Shown here piece after piece: positions 1 to 9,889 of a stretch of DNA of 64,000 bases; within the stretch, counting starts at the first letter, position 1; every line of letters starts with the position of its first letter. Location of the stretch: contig OZ059896.1 in assembly GCA_964057225.1 (NCBI GenBank), positions 15,562,001 to 15,626,000 on the forward strand, read 5' to 3'. The notes below the pieces were generated by a model. It made no database searches, had not been told where the DNA came from, and saw only the letters and a program-made list of their open reading frames with translations. A program made the translations under genes and the position numbers. The DNA is from Auanema rhodensis (lineage: Eukaryota; Animalia; Nematoda).

Positions 1-69
1 TATCTTTAGTTACCTATATGGTATACGGTTAACTAGAAATGCTTTCGTTTTCCGAGACAACTGTTAGAC

Positions 70-210
70 AGCTTTGCGCAGTGGCGATAACGTGACCAAT
101 GAGGCTTTGCCGAGGTGCGTTTATTGCTGGTTGAAAACTTTTCCCAATTACCCGCGATATTCCCTGAAACATGGGTGATATACGCAATTTTTGAATGCCT
201 GATAAGGCTG
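70..210 (+). ncRNA. U4: U4 spliceosomal snRNA
   Basis: 5' AGCTTTGCGCAGTGGC (U4/U6 stem II), CCAATGAGG...CCGAGG kink-turn stem-loop, TTATTGCTGGTTGAAAACTTTTCCCAAT, Sm site AATTTTTG (186-193), 3' hairpin GCCT-GATA-AGGC; 3' end approximate. Confidence 0.95.
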
Positions 211-339
211 ATTAGCATATTATGGAAGATTGTTTCACGTGAAATGACGTCATTTTTCTCATGACGCGTCAATTTTCCAAACCAAATTAGAAGGAACGGT
301 TGCACTCCATACATATTCCGAAAAGAAAGGTAAGCATTC

Positions 340-458
340 GCTTACGACCATACCACGTTGAAAGTACGCCATCCCGTTCGATCTGGCAAGTCAAGCAACG
401 TTGGGCCCGGTTAGTACTTGGATCGGAGACGGCTTGGGAATCCCGGGTGCCGTAAGCT
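340..458 (+). rRNA. 5S: 5S rRNA
   Basis: 119 nt GCTTACGACC...GTAAGCT, close to nematode 5S, internal control region, followed by T-run. Confidence 0.98.
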
Positions 459-468
459 TTTCCTTTTT
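458..468 (+). terminator. Pol III oligo-T terminator of 5S (present in every unit)
   Basis: TTTTCCTTTTT directly after 5S. Confidence 0.85.
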
Positions 469-559
469 CTCATATTTTCATATAGTTTATCATCTTTAGT
501 TACCTATATGGTATACGGTTAACTAGAAATGCTTTCGTTTTCCGAGACAACTGTTAGAC

Positions 560-700
560 AGCTTTGCGCAGTGGCGATAACGTGACCAATGAGGCTTTGC
601 CGAGGTGCGTTTATTGCTGGTTGAAAACTTTTCCCAATTACCCGCGATATTCCCTGAAACATGGGTGATATACGCAATTTTTGAATGCCTGATAAGGCTG
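560..700 (+). ncRNA. U4: U4 snRNA
   Basis: array copy. Confidence 0.95.
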
Positions 701-829
701 ATTAGCATATTATGGAAGATTGTTTCACGTGAAATGACGTCATTTTTCTCATGACGCGTCAATTTTCCAAACCAAATTAGAAGGAACGGTTGCACTCCAT
801 ACATATTCCGAAAAGAAAGGTAAGCATTC

Positions 830-948
830 GCTTACGACCATACCACGTTGAAAGTACGCCATCCCGTTCGATCTGGCAAGTCAAGCAACGTTGGGCCCGG
901 TTAGTACTTGGATCGGAGACGGCTTGGGAATCCCGTGTGCCGTAAGCT
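830..948 (+). rRNA. 5S: 5S rRNA (single G>T variant near 3' end)
   Basis: array copy. Confidence 0.97.
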
Positions 949-1049
949 TTTCCTTTTTCTCATATTTTCATATAGTTTATCATCTTTAGTTACCTATATG
1001 GTATACGGTTAACTAGAAATGCTTTCGTTTTCCGAGACAACTGTTAGAC

Positions 1050-1190
1050 AGCTTTGCGCAGTGGCGATAACGTGACCAATGAGGCTTTGCCGAGGTGCGT
1101 TTATTGCTGGTTGAAAACTTTTCCCAATTACCCGCGATATTCCCTGAAACATGGGTGATATACGCAATTTTTGAATGCCTGATAAGGCTG
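1050..1190 (+). ncRNA. U4: U4 snRNA
   Basis: array copy. Confidence 0.95.
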
Positions 1191-1319
1191 ATTAGCATAT
1201 TATGGAAGATTGTTCCACGTGAAATGACGTCATTTTTCTCATGACGCGTCAATTTTCCAAACCAAATTAGAAGGAACGGTTGCACTCCATACATATTCCG
1301 AAAAGAAAGGTAAGCATTC

Positions 1320-1438
1320 GCTTACGACCATACCACGTTGAAAGTACGCCATCCCGTTCGATCTGGCAAGTCAAGCAACGTTGGGCCGGGTTAGTACTTG
1401 GATCGGAGACGGCTTGGGAATCCCGGGTGCCGTAAGCT
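1320..1438 (+). rRNA. 5S: 5S rRNA (single C>G variant)
   Basis: array copy. Confidence 0.97.
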
Positions 1439-1539
1439 TTTCCTTTTTCTCATATTTTCATATAGTTTATCATCTTTAGTTACCTATATGGTATACGGTT
1501 AACTAGAAATGCTTTCGTTTTCCGAGACAACTGTTAGAC

Positions 1540-1680
1540 AGCTTTGCGCAGTGGCGATAACGTGACCAATGAGGCTTTGCCGAGGTGCGTTTATTGCTGG
1601 TTGAAAACTTTTCCCAATTACCCGCGATATTCCCTGAAACATGGGTGATATACGCAATTTTTGAATGCCTGATAAGGCTG
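1540..1680 (+). ncRNA. U4: U4 snRNA
   Basis: array copy. Confidence 0.95.
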
Positions 1681-1809
1681 ATTAGCATATTATGGAAGAT
1701 TGTTCCACGTGAAATGACGTCATTTTTCTCATGACGCGTCAATTTTCCAAACCAAATTAGAAGGAACGGTTGCACTCCATACATATTCCGAAAAGAAAGG
1801 TAAGCATTC

Positions 1810-1928
1810 GCTTACGACCATACCACGTTGAAAGTACGCCATCCCGTTCGATCTGGCAAGTCAAGCAACGTTGGGCCCGGTTAGTACTTGGATCGGAGAC
1901 GGCTTGGGAATCCCGGGTGCCGTAAGCT
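1810..1928 (+). rRNA. 5S: 5S rRNA
   Basis: array copy. Confidence 0.98.
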
Positions 1929-2029
1929 TTTCCTTTTTCTCATATTTTCATATAGTTCATCATCTTTAGTTACCTATATGGTATACGGTTAACTAGAAAT
2001 GCTTTCGTTTTCCGAGACAACTGTTAGAC

Positions 2030-2170
2030 AGCTTTGCGCAGTGGCGATAACGTGACCAATGAGGCTTTGCCGAGGTGCGTTTATTGCTGGTTGAAAACTT
2101 TTCCCAATTACCCGCGATATTCCCTGAAACATGGGTGATATACGCAATTTTTGAATGCCTGATAAGGCTG
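2030..2170 (+). ncRNA. U4: U4 snRNA
   Basis: array copy. Confidence 0.95.
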
Positions 2171-2299
2171 ATTAGTATATTATGGAAGATTGTTCCACGT
2201 GAAATGACGTCATTTTTCTCATGACGCGTCAATTTTCAAAACCAAATTAGAAGGAACGGTTGCACTCCATACATATTCCGAAAAGAAAGGTAAGCATTC

Positions 2300-2418
2300 G
2301 CTTACGACCATACCACGTTGAAAGTACGCCATCCCGTTCGATCTGGCAAGTCAAGCAACGTTGGGCCCGGTTAGTACTTGGATCGGAGACGGCTTGGGAA
2401 TCCCGGGTGCCGTAAGCT
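2300..2418 (+). rRNA. 5S: 5S rRNA
   Basis: array copy. Confidence 0.98.
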
Positions 2419-2519
2419 TTTCCTTTTTCTCATATTTTCATATAGTTTATCATCTTTAGTTACCTATATGGTATACGGTTAACTAGAAATGCTTTCGTTT
2501 TCCGAGAGAACTGTTAGAC

Positions 2520-2660
2520 AGCTTTGCGCAGTGGCGATAACGTGACCAATGAGGCTTTGCCGAGGTGCGTTTATTGCTGGTTGAAAACTTTTCCCAATTA
2601 CCCGCGATATTCCCTGAAACATGGGTGATATACGCAATTTTTGAATGCCTGATAAGGCTG
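2520..2660 (+). ncRNA. U4: U4 snRNA
   Basis: array copy. Confidence 0.95.
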
Positions 2661-2789
2661 ATTAGCATATTATGGAAGATTGTTCCACGTGAAATGACGT
2701 CATTTTTCTCATGACGCGTCAATTTTCAAAACCAAATTAGAAGGAACGGTTGCACTCCATACATATTCCGAAAAGAAAGGTAAGCATTC

Positions 2790-2908
2790 GCTTACGACCA
2801 TACCACGTTGAAAGTACGCCATCCCGTTCGATCTGGCAAGTCAAGCAACGTTGGGCCCGGTTAGTACTTGGATCGGAGACGGCTTGGGAATCCCGGGTGC
2901 CGTAAGCT
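2790..2908 (+). rRNA. 5S: 5S rRNA
   Basis: array copy. Confidence 0.98.
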
Positions 2909-3009
2909 TTTCCTTTTTCTCATATTTTCATATAGTTTATCATCTTTAGTTACCTATATGGTATACGGTTAACTAGAAATGCTTTCGTTTTCCGAGAGAA
3001 CTGTTAGAC

Positions 3010-3150
3010 AGCTTTGCGCAGTGGCGATAACGTGACCAATGAGGCTTTGCCGAGGTGCGTTTATTGCTGGTTGAAAACTTTTCCCAATTACCCGCGATAT
3101 TCCCTGAAACATGGGTGATATACGCAATTTTTGAATGCCTGATAAGGCTG
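3010..3150 (+). ncRNA. U4: U4 snRNA
   Basis: array copy. Confidence 0.95.
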
Positions 3151-3279
3151 ATTAGCATATTATGGAAGATTGTTCCACGTGAAATGACGTCATTTTTCTC
3201 ATGACGCGTCAATTTTCCAAACCAAATTAGAAGGAACGGTTGCACTCCATACATATTCCGAAAAGAAAGGTAAGCATTC

Positions 3280-3398
3280 GCTTACGACCATACCACGTTG
3301 AAAGTACGCCATCCCGTCCGATCTGGCAAGTCAAGCAACGTTGGGCCCGGTTAGTACTTGGATCGGAGACGGCTTGGGAATCCCGGGTGCCGTAAGCT
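3280..3398 (+). rRNA. 5S: 5S rRNA (C39 type)
   Basis: array copy. Confidence 0.98.
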
Positions 3399-3499
3399 TT
3401 TCCTTTTTCTCATATTTTCATATAGTTTATCATCTTTAGTTACCTATATGGTATACGGTTAACTAGAAATGCTTTCGTTTTCCGAGAGAACTGTTAGAC

Positions 3500-3640
3500 A
3501 GCTTTGCGCAGTGGCGATAATGTGACCAATGAGGCTTTGCCGAGGTGCGTTTATTGCTGGTTGAAAACTTTTCCCAATTACCCGCGATATTCCCTGAAAC
3601 ATGGGTGATATACGCAATTTTTGAATGCCTGATAAGGCTG
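3500..3640 (+). ncRNA. U4: U4 snRNA (C>T variant)
   Basis: array copy. Confidence 0.93.
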
Positions 3641-3769
3641 ATTAGCATATTATGGAAGATTGTTTCACGTGAAATGACGTCATTTTTCTCATGACGCGTC
3701 AATTTTCCAAACCAAATTAGAAGGAACGGTTGCACTCCATACATATTCCGAAAAGAAAGGTAAGCATTC

Positions 3770-3888
3770 GCTTACGACCATACCACGTTGAAAGTACGCC
3801 ATCCCGTTCGATCTGGCAAGTCAAGCAACGTTGGGCCCGGTTAGTACTTGGATCGGAGACGGCTTGGGAATCCCGGGTGCCGTAAGCT
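3770..3888 (+). rRNA. 5S: 5S rRNA
   Basis: array copy. Confidence 0.98.
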
Positions 3889-3989
3889 TTTCCTTTTTCT
3901 CATATTTTCATATAGTTTATCATCTTTAGTTACCTATATGGTATACGGTTAACTAGAAATGCTTTCGTTTTCCGAGAGAACTGTTAGAC

Positions 3990-4130
3990 AGCTTTGCGCA
4001 GTGGCGATAATGTGACCAATGAGGCTTTGCCGAGGTGCGTTTATTGCTGGTTGAAAACTTTTCCCAATTACCCGCGATATTCCCTGAAACATGGGTGATA
4101 TACGCAATTTTTGAATGCCTGATAAGGCTG
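3990..4130 (+). ncRNA. U4: U4 snRNA (C>T variant)
   Basis: array copy. Confidence 0.93.
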
Positions 4131-4259
4131 ATTAGCATATTATGGAAGATTGTTTCACGTGAAATGACGTCATTTTTCTCATGACGCGTCAATTTTCCAA
4201 ACCAAATTAGAAGGAACGGTTGCACTCCATACATATTCCGAAAAGAAAGGTAAGCATTC

Positions 4260-4378
4260 GCTTACGACCATACCACGTTGAAAGTACGCCATCCCGTTCG
4301 ATCTGGCAAGTCAAGCAACGTTGGGCCCGGTTAGTACTTGGATCGGAGACGGCTTGGGAATCCCGGGTGCCGTAAGCT
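4260..4378 (+). rRNA. 5S: 5S rRNA
   Basis: array copy. Confidence 0.98.
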
Positions 4379-4479
4379 TTTCCTTTTTCTCATATTTTCA
4401 TATAGTTTATCATCTTTAGTTACCTATATGGTATACGGTTAACTAGAAATGCTTTCGTTTTCCGAGAGAACTGTTAGAC

Positions 4480-4620
4480 AGCTTTGCGCAGTGGCGATAA
4501 CGTGACCAATGAGGCTTTGCCGAGGTGCGTTTATTGCTGGTTGAAAACTTTTCCCAATTACCCGCGATATTCCCTGAAACATGGGTGATATACGCAATTT
4601 TTGAATGCCTGATAAGGCTG
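4480..4620 (+). ncRNA. U4: U4 snRNA
   Basis: array copy. Confidence 0.95.
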
Positions 4621-4749
4621 ATTAGCATATTATGGAAGATTGTTCCACGTGAAATGACGTCATTTTTCTCATGACGCGTCAATTTTCAAAACCAAATTAG
4701 AAGGAACGGTTGCACTCCATACATATTCCGAAAAGAAAGGTAAGCATTC

Positions 4750-4868
4750 GCTTACGACCATACCACGTTGAAAGTACGCCATCCCGTTCGATCTGGCAAG
4801 TCAAGCAACGTTGGGCCCGGTTAGTACTTGGATCGGAGACGGCTTGGGAATCCCGGGTGCCGTAAGCT
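4750..4868 (+). rRNA. 5S: 5S rRNA
   Basis: array copy. Confidence 0.98.
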
Positions 4869-4969
4869 TTTCCTTTTTCTCATATTTTCATATAGTTTAT
4901 CATCTTTAGTTACCTATATGGTATACGGTTAACTAGAAATGCTTTCGTTTTCCGAGAGAACTGTTAGAC

Positions 4970-5110
4970 AGCTTTGCGCAGTGGCGATAACGTGACCAAT
5001 GAGGCTTTGCCGAGGTGCGTTTATTGCTGGTTGAAAACTTTTCCCAATTACCCGCGATATTCCCTGAAACATGGGTGATATACGCAATTTTTGAATGCCT
5101 GATAAGGCTG
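4970..5110 (+). ncRNA. U4: U4 snRNA
   Basis: array copy. Confidence 0.95.
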
Positions 5111-5144
5111 ATTAGCATATTATGGAAGATTGTTCCACGTGAAA

Positions 5145-5321
5145 TGTTCCATACGTGTCCTATAAGTAGAGCTTATAAAACGGAACATTATAAAAACAAA
5201 TAGCTGACGCTACATTTGAGAAACAGGAATTCAATGCAACAATGAACGAACACTTTTTCATATTAAGTTTAATTAAAGAAAGCCCAATTCAAGCGGAACC
5301 TTGGGGAACCACCATGGAACG
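5145..5321 (+). repeat. Element A 5' LTR (177 bp, internally deleted)
   Basis: Matches 8663-9080 apart from 19-bp and 222-bp deletions and one substitution. Confidence 0.9.
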
Positions 5322-5342
5322 TGGAGGTTCCGCCGAGATTCG
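5322..5342 (+). promoter_or_regulatory. Primer-binding site, tRNA-Gln
   Basis: TGGAGGTTCCGCCGAGATTCG, complementary to the tRNA-Gln 3' end (...ATCTCGGTGGAACCTCCA, recalled), abutting the LTR. Confidence 0.85.
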
Positions 5343-5936
5343 TCTATAACCGACGAATCTCTAAGAACCATATTTCGCTACATAAATTTAATTTTGTTGT
5401 CTTTCATACATCTAATTAAAGAATTATATTTCGATTATGCTATATGAATTTAATTTGAAATCTTTCTCTTCTTTATTTCATTCATTCAAAGAACTTTATT
5501 TTGATTTTGATTCATAAATTAATACTGAAATCTTATATACATTTATTTAAAAAGATATATTTTGAAACAACTTAATTTTGAAATTTTATATTCATTCATT
5601 TAAAAGAAACATTTCGATTTTTATCCATATTCTAAGATCTTTCATTCATTTTTGAGGAAAAACTTTGTTTATAACTATCATAAATTAATTTGAAATTCTT
5701 TTATATTTATTCATTTAAAGAAAGGTATTTCGATATTTTTTTTTCTGTCAATCTTTTCTTTTACTGTTTTTTTTAATCAAAATCTATTCTATCTCTCATA
5801 AATTTTTGTTATAAAGTTTCAAACAATTTTTGAATCAAAAATGAATTAATTTCTTTCATGAATCATCACAAAATTCATTGTTTTATATATATTAAAATTC
5901 ATTAATTTCTATTCTATCCTTTAAAATGTATTACTC

Positions 5937-5940
<4 letters not shown>

Positions 5941-5972
<32 letters not shown>
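5941..5972. repeat. (AT)n microsatellite in element A
   Basis: About 16 AT units. Confidence 0.9.
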
Positions 5973-5976
<4 letters not shown>

Positions 5977-6205
5977 GTACAAAACTATTCTATACTAGTC
6001 CTATATTCCTACTATATTCCTACTATATTCCTATTTTATTTTTCTTTTATCTTCTTTTAAATTTTATCTTTTTCCCTCTCTTATTACTATTATTTTTTCT
6101 CTTCTTCCTAATATAACCCAGAAAACAGCCAAATAATTTTGAAATTTTTTATCTGAATCCCGAACCTAAGATTTACAATTTTGCATTTTGATCCTAAAAG
6201 TAGCC

Positions 6206-6690
6206 CGTGAGAAGCAATACCAGACTGTCTCGAGAACTGAGCGGAGGCAACCACTATTTTTGATATAAGACGTACGCATTCCTGATTTTGAAGATCCCTT
6301 TTTGGTCCTATTTTTGCAAATTTGAAAATTACGACAGAATTAGTCGAGAATGAAAGTGTTAGAGTGGTCTCACCATGAAAAATCAGGGGAGCAGAATTTC
6401 GTTAAGGGAGCGATTTCTGTGATTTTTCATAGGCAAGAGAAGTCTGGGAAAGTGAATGTACGAGGCCTGAGCACCTAATCTTGTCGAAAGACTGAAAGGG
6501 AATACTGCTTAGATCACCGTCGTATATTTCACGCCTATTCGAGAGATGGGAACTTGATCCTAGAAAGGGCGCACCGGTCACAGGCCCGTGTATGTACCCG
6601 ATTGAGCAATTCTCCGTTAGAAGATTCGCTGCAGGCTGGCCCCCTAGCAAGCGTCACGCATACAACCCCATATTGCCTCTCACGTTGTAT
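6206..6690 (+). other. Putative large structured RNA domain in element A
   Basis: Multiple nested inverted repeats (see findings). Confidence 0.6.
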
Positions 6691-6820
6691 ATATATTTTT
6701 ATAAGTTTCGCATCGTTGGTATAATAATTTCCTTTCCAGGAAAACCAACAAGATGACGGACTCGAAGAGTAAAAATCCTCCGCAGGATAAAACAAATCCA
6801 CAGAGCGCAGCCCCCCGGTA

Positions 6821-7192
6821 ATGATACGCACGTCGAGCCAGTACTCGAGCAGAATCAAAGAAAGAGAGGACCTCCAAATGTTTATGAGCCGGACACGAAG
6901 CGCCGACCTACTGCTGCAAAGAAACCACCCGCTATACCGGGTACCCCCGCGAAAAAAAATAGGCACAACAGCTATCAAAACTTCTCGCCACGCTATTACT
7001 CTTAGTAAAATTAAAACGTCTATTAACAAACAAACTCCTAAACGCAATTCTAACGTTATCAAAAGCTCTAGCTATGTTAGCACAAATACTTCCCCTTGTA
7101 AAGATTATTCTCAAATATCATTTTCATACCCAAATACTGCTATTCTTTCTTCTCCTCTTCCTCGAAATTCACCAAACTATCAGAGAAAATAG
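6821..7192 (+). CDS. Basic (K/R/S-rich) orphan ORF in element A
   Basis: 123-aa ORF; ATG overlaps the stop of a 22-codon upstream ORF (TAATG); no recognised domain. Confidence 0.35.
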   Translation: MIRTSSQYSSRIKEREDLQMFMSRTRSADLLLQRNHPLYRVPPRKKIGTTAIKTSRHAITLSKIKTSINKQTPKRNSNVIKSSSYVSTNTSPCKDYSQISFSYPNTAILSSPLPRNSPNYQRK

Positions 7193-7212
7193 AAGAAAAC
7201 GCAAGAAAAGAA

Positions 7213-7491
7213 TTGTATGAGGAACGGAAGAAGGAGCCACCCACAATTAAGAAATGGAGTTCAGCACTTAAATTGGCATTGGGATTAGAAGATAATTCTC
7301 CTACAACGCCAGCAAAGCCTTATCATGTGCCGATAAGGTATCACAGCACCATACCAGTAACAGAGCCAAAGAAGAGAGTTTCGAAGAGTCAGATCCCGGA
7401 CCCAAACTTCGTGGCACCAACAGTACCAGTCATCCATAAGAAAAGACCGTCAACAGTTATTGGGACTACAAGTAAGAAGCTAGAACAATAG
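7213..7491 (+). CDS. Basic/Pro-rich orphan ORF or exon in element A
   Basis: Frame open from 7102, overlapping the previous ORF; non-ATG start, so probably reached by splicing or frameshift if real. Confidence 0.35.
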   Translation: MYEERKKEPPTIKKWSSALKLALGLEDNSPTTPAKPYHVPIRYHSTIPVTEPKKRVSKSQIPDPNFVAPTVPVIHKKRPSTVIGTTSKKLEQ

Positions 7492-7856
7492 TAAAAATCC
7501 ATAATTTCTATATAAAAATCACAAAAAGTATAATAACATTTTCATAATTTTCATCTAAACTTGAACCTATATATGATTTTTTTTTCTCATTTAAGTAAGA
7601 CATAAAATTCTACACAAATTATTGTACATTTTTATTTTTTCACTCTCATAAAAATATTGTATCAATAACCAAAATTTCAAAATAAAATTATACATCATAC
7701 TTGGAATCTTTCAAAAATCACTGCAAAGTTTTAATCAACAATCTTCATCATTTTTTTTCACCTAACTGGTCAAAAAGGAGGCGACAAAAAGGAAGGAACA
7801 GACCGACCTAGTTTTAAAAAGGATAAAAAGGACAGAAAACAGTAACAAAGATAACA

Positions 7857-8459
7857 ATGTCCACCCAACTCCCTGAAGCCGTCGAAATTCCCCTCATGAT
7901 GGCCAAAAAGAGATGGCTTTCAATTCAACTATTAGTAAGAGAATTGAAGCAGCTAGGCGCCAATACCATCGCCAACCGCCCCAGGAAAGAGAAGATCCTG
8001 AAAGAGTTAGTTCAAGGACTAACAAGAGCGAACACCAGTACTGAAACGCTCAAAATCCTATGTTACCAATACGACAAGGATCAACTGTCGGAGGTTGACC
8101 ACTGCATAGGACCATGGACCAACACAGCAGGAGTCATCCGAGATGCCATTGCTGAACTAAGGGACCAACTAGGTTATTCACCTAGTTGCGATTCACCAGA
8201 ACAGCAGACACCAAACTGGATTATTGCTGAGACCCATTCGGCCTATCAAGAATGGAGCCTGCAACATTGCAGCGAACTGCCATCCACAGAGGCAAGAAAA
8301 AGCATTTTAAATGCTCTACAAATATTTCTGGCATCACCAGCAACCACCAAGGAAGAAATGGAAAGAAAAACGGATTTATGCAACAAGACTATGGATCTTC
8401 TCCACGACCTAGGATCATCACCATTACCAGAGATACACCAGTATTATGAAGAATACTAA
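7857..8459 (+). CDS. 200-aa predicted alpha-helical orphan protein in element A
   Basis: ATG-initiated clean ORF in AT-rich surroundings, protein-like composition, last ORF before the 3' LTR. Confidence 0.7.
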   Translation: MSTQLPEAVEIPLMMAKKRWLSIQLLVRELKQLGANTIANRPRKEKILKELVQGLTRANTSTETLKILCYQYDKDQLSEVDHCIGPWTNTAGVIRDAIAELRDQLGYSPSCDSPEQQTPNWIIAETHSAYQEWSLQHCSELPSTEARKSILNALQIFLASPATTKEEMERKTDLCNKTMDLLHDLGSSPLPEIHQYYEEY

Positions 8460-8662
8460 AAAGAACTTTTGAAAGATTCCCAGTATGATATATGATATAT
8501 TATTTTGTAATTACATTGTTTTCCTTTATTTTTTTCTCATAAAATTGTTCTGTATTATCAGTATTCTTTTATTTTTTGAAACATTTCATACAACTTTCAC
8601 ATTTGCATGGAATTTCACTTTCTCGATGTAGCTGAGGTCAGCTACTTTTTCGATATTAGGCA

Positions 8663-9080
8663 TGTTCCATACGTGTCCTATAAGTAGAGCGATTGACAAC
8701 GTCAATCGCTTATAAAACGGAACATTATAAAAACAAATAGCTGACGCTACATTTGAGAAACAGGAATTCAATGCAACAATGAACGAACACTTTTTCATAT
8801 TAAGTTTAATTAAAGAAAGCCCAATTCAAGCGGAACCAAGTTCCGCGGACCTGATATAACCACTTTTTATGCTCGTAAGGAATACTATATAAGGTTTCCT
8901 TACGAATCCTTTGGGCTGCGACTAGGAATCATTATGTAACTTTTATTATTGTAATTTGTATACTTTATCATGAATAAACCTTTCTCTCTATACTCTTTAT
9001 CATTTATATTATATTTGGAAGAAAAGAAAGTAATTCCATGTGGTTACCCAGCCGGAACCCTGGGGAACCACCATGGAACG
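8663..9080 (+). repeat. Element A 3' LTR (418 bp, full length)
   Basis: TGTTCCAT...ATGGAACG; contains TATATAA (~8886) and AATAAA (~8973). Confidence 0.9.
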
Positions 9081-9179
9081 GAAATGACGTCATTTTTCTC
9101 ATGACGCGTCAATTTTCCAAACCAAATTAGAAGGAACGGTTGCACTCCATACATATTCCGAAAAGAAAGGTAAGCATTC

Positions 9180-9298
9180 GCTTACGACCATACCACGTTG
9201 AAAGTACGCCATCCCGTCCGATCTGGCAAGTCAAGCAACGTTGGGCCCGGTTAGTACTTGGATCGGAGACGGCTTGGGAATCCCGGGTGCCGTAAGCT
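9180..9298 (+). rRNA. 5S: 5S rRNA (C39 type)
   Basis: array copy. Confidence 0.98.
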
Positions 9299-9399
9299 TT
9301 TCCTTTTTCTCATATTTTCATATAGTTTATCATCTTTAGTTACCTATATGGTATACGGTTAACTAGAAATGCTTTCGTTTTCCGAGAGAACTGTTAGAC

Positions 9400-9540
9400 A
9401 GCTTTGCGCAGTGGCGATAACGTGACCAATGAGGCTTTGCCGAGGTGCGTTTATTGCTGGTTGAAAACTTTTCCCAATTACCCGCGATATTCCCTGAAAC
9501 ATGGGTGATATACGCAATTTTTGAATGCCTGATAAGGCTG
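9400..9540 (+). ncRNA. U4: U4 snRNA
   Basis: array copy. Confidence 0.95.
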
Positions 9541-9669
9541 ATTAGCATATTATGGAAGATTGTTCCACGTGAAATGACGTCATTTTTCTCATGACGCGTC
9601 AATTTTCCAAACCAAATTAGAAGGAACGGTTGCACTCCATACATATTCCGAAAAGAAAGGTAAGCATTC

Positions 9670-9788
9670 GCTTACGACCATACCACGTTGAAAGTACGCC
9701 ATCTCGTTCGATCTGGCAAGTCAAGCAACGTTGGGCCCGGTTAGTACTTGGATCGGAGACGGCTTGGGAATCCCGGGTGCCGTAAGCT
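9670..9788 (+). rRNA. 5S: 5S rRNA (single C>T variant)
   Basis: array copy. Confidence 0.97.
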
Positions 9789-9889
9789 TTTCCTTTTTCT
9801 CATATTTTCATATAGTTTATCATCTTTAGTTACCTATATGGTATACGGTTAACTAGAAATGCTTTCGTTTTCCGAGAAAACTGTTAGAC

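Larger units (their letters stand above)
1..5144 (+). repeat. U4 snRNA-5S rRNA tandem array, block 1 (490-bp unit; 11 U4, 10 5S); continues left of the window
   Basis: Near-identical sequence recurs at an exact 490-bp period. Confidence 0.98.
5145..9080 (+). mobile_element. Element A: non-autonomous (pol-less) LTR retroelement, 3936 bp
   Basis: Interrupts the array unit with GAAA TSD (5141-5144 / 9081-9084); termini TGTTCCAT...ATGGAACG; direct terminal repeats; PBS after left LTR; no RT or IN ORF. Confidence 0.9.

Noticed and set aside
120-210. SL1 or SmY RNA in the 5S unit
   Set aside because: No SL exon or donor sequence; the Sm site belongs to U4
5141-5145. 5-bp TSD GAAAT for element A
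   Set aside because: Formally possible, but the internal LTR copy starts TG after GGCA, as in element C, which supports a TG start and a 4-bp TSD
6206-6690. Group I/II intron, RNase P or hammerhead identity for the structured region
   Set aside because: No convincing P/Q/R/S, domain V, RNase P conserved region or CTGATGA...GAAA core found by eye; left unassigned
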